Shown: piece by piece, positions 62,881 through 64,000 of the stretch
How the letters are laid out: each line of letters opens with the position of its first letter
Numbering within the stretch: the stretch's first letter is position 1
Program-made: the position numbers and the translations under genes
The notes under the pieces: model-generated
What the model was told of the DNA's origin: nothing
The model's database searches: none
The model's input: only the letters and a program-made list of their open reading frames with translations
Virus record (IMG/VR): IMGVR_UViG_3300042540_001822
Location: 124,001 to 188,000 of that record
Length of the DNA stretch: 64,000 nucleotides
Direction: 5' to 3' (one strand)

Positions 62881-63914
62881 GACGGAAAGATTTTCTTGTA
62901 AGTAGACAAGAAATCCCTTTGTGTTTCATTTAATTCTTTAGGAATTCTTAATTTTAATCTGATTAATATGTCTCCTCTGAAATCAGAGTTAAATTCAGGA
63001 ATTCCCTTTCCTGCTAACCGGAGAATCTTTCCTGGATCTGATCCAGGAGGTATTGAAATTTTATATTCTCCGTCTGGAATTTCTAAATTTGGAATTTTAA
63101 CCTCTGCACCCATACAGGCATCATAAAAATCAACATCCATATCACAATACAAATTCAGGGAATCACGTTTGTAAAAATGATGTTGAATATCCTCTACAGA
63201 CACAATTAAGTCTCCAGGATCACATGGGGATTTTTCAAAATCTCCACCTCCGTCGATCTTGAAATTTATACCCGTAACTGAACCTTTAGGAACCGTAATG
63301 TCTACCTGTGTTGTCTGTCTTATGGTTCCAGAACCAGAACAAGAATGGCAAGGTGTTTTGGCAGTTTCTCCAAATCCACCACAGGAAAAACACGTTCCAT
63401 CCACAGCCATTTGACCAAACCCTGTATTTACAATTTTTCTATTTACTCCTGTTCCATTACACTGAACACAAAAAACGACCTCAGCATTATGTGCTCCTGT
63501 CCCTTTGCACGGTTCACAAGGAAATCTTTTGAATAGTGTTACCTTTTTCTGTGCTCCCTTTAGTACATCCGCTAGATTAATTTGCAATCTGGCGTTTATA
63601 TTTTTCCCCTTTCGAATTTGTGTTTTATGTTGATGCCAGGAGTTTGCTGAATTGAAATTATTAAAAAAATCTGCAAATGGACTTCCCCAGTTTGCTTGAT
63701 TAGGTCCGCTCCACTTCGGAGAATCATATGCTTTCTTTTTTGAAGGATCCCCTAAAGTTTCGTAGGCTTCGTTTATTTGTTTAAATTTTGCCTCTGCAGA
63801 GGTGTCTCCTGGATTTTTATCTGGATGATATTTTAAGGCCAATCTCCTGTAACTTTTTTTTATTGCATCAGAAGACGCTTCTCTTCCAACTTCTAAAATT
63901 TGATAAAAGTCCAT
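62877..63914 (-). CDS. dnaJ: DnaJ chaperone
   Basis: J-domain with HPD; four CxxCxGxG repeats; C-terminal GDLIV / GDILI. Confidence 0.96.
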   Translation of the reverse strand: MDFYQILEVGREASSDAIKKSYRRLALKYHPDKNPGDTSAEAKFKQINEAYETLGDPSKKKAYDSPKWSGPNQANWGSPFADFFNNFNSANSWHQHKTQIRKGKNINARLQINLADVLKGAQKKVTLFKRFPCEPCKGTGAHNAEVVFCVQCNGTGVNRKIVNTGFGQMAVDGTCFSCGGFGETAKTPCHSCSGSGTIRQTTQVDITVPKGSVTGINFKIDGGGDFEKSPCDPGDLIVSVEDIQHHFYKRDSLNLYCDMDVDFYDACMGAEVKIPNLEIPDGEYKISIPPGSDPGKILRLAGKGIPEFNSDFRGDILIRLKLRIPKELNETQRDFLSTYKKIFPS

Positions 63915-64000
63915 TTGGGATTTTAAAATGTGGATTTAAGCCATGATCTAAGTTGATCGATCTTGGTTTTTTTCTTTTTAGGAAGGGATTTCCATTTTTG

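Noticed and set aside
1458-63536. Most other short plus-strand or nested ORFs in the track (e.g. 8477..8830, 13566..13967, 32867..33259, 39984..40379, 60740..61084)
   Set aside because: They lie wholly antisense to or inside well-supported genes and have no recognisable motifs.
1-64000. Alternative genetic code (stop-codon reassignment)
   Set aside because: TAA, TGA (array junctions) and TAG (e.g. 2450, 3114) all end genes normally, and conserved genes are unbroken under the standard code.
1-64000. Bacterial chromosome origin suggested by clpP, dnaJ, glnA, rpiB and ssrA
   Set aside because: These genes are scattered among phage-type genes (split polB, short topoisomerase A, RNA ligase, dense small ORFs) without their usual bacterial operon neighbours.

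Overview
AT-rich, gene-dense fragment with almost all genes on the minus strand. It is best explained as part of a jumbo/huge tailed phage, probably infecting Bacteroidota. Host evidence: a TTTG-N21-TATATTTG promoter, a GEN...ALAA tmRNA tag and A/T-rich leaders without Shine-Dalgarno sites. Layout: (1) 1-14 kb: thyA, then small accessory genes, including five MNNEK paralogues and an ~18-bp junction motif seen 11 times; also rpiB, a DnaA domain-IV-like protein and FkbM. (2) 14.4-16.0 and 25.1-27.4 kb: two arrays (5+7 genes) of a 21-aa beta-repeat protein family with hypervariable alternating residues. (3) 16-25 kb, between the arrays: a predicted RNA-repair locus with an HD hydrolase, SPFH/band-7 protein, prim-pol-like protein, an unannotated 122-nt tRNA-like RNA, phosphoesterase, YqeY, ATP-dependent RNA ligase, cyclic-phosphate receiver domain and HAD. 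(4) 29-36 kb: GH19 lysin, GT25, methyltransferase, phosphoesterase and type II glutamine synthetase. (5) 36.6-51.4 kb: a sugar-modification cluster containing a second thymidylate-synthase homologue with the dCMP-type Asp. (6) 50-57 kb: tRNA-Ser(UGA), a tmRNA with a 23-aa tag, ClpP, thioredoxin and a RimK-protease fusion. (7) 57.9-64 kb: C-terminal half of a split family-B polymerase, probable clamp, type II topoisomerase A subunit, L,D-transpeptidase-like protein and DnaJ. All calls come from reading motifs by eye; no database searches were run.
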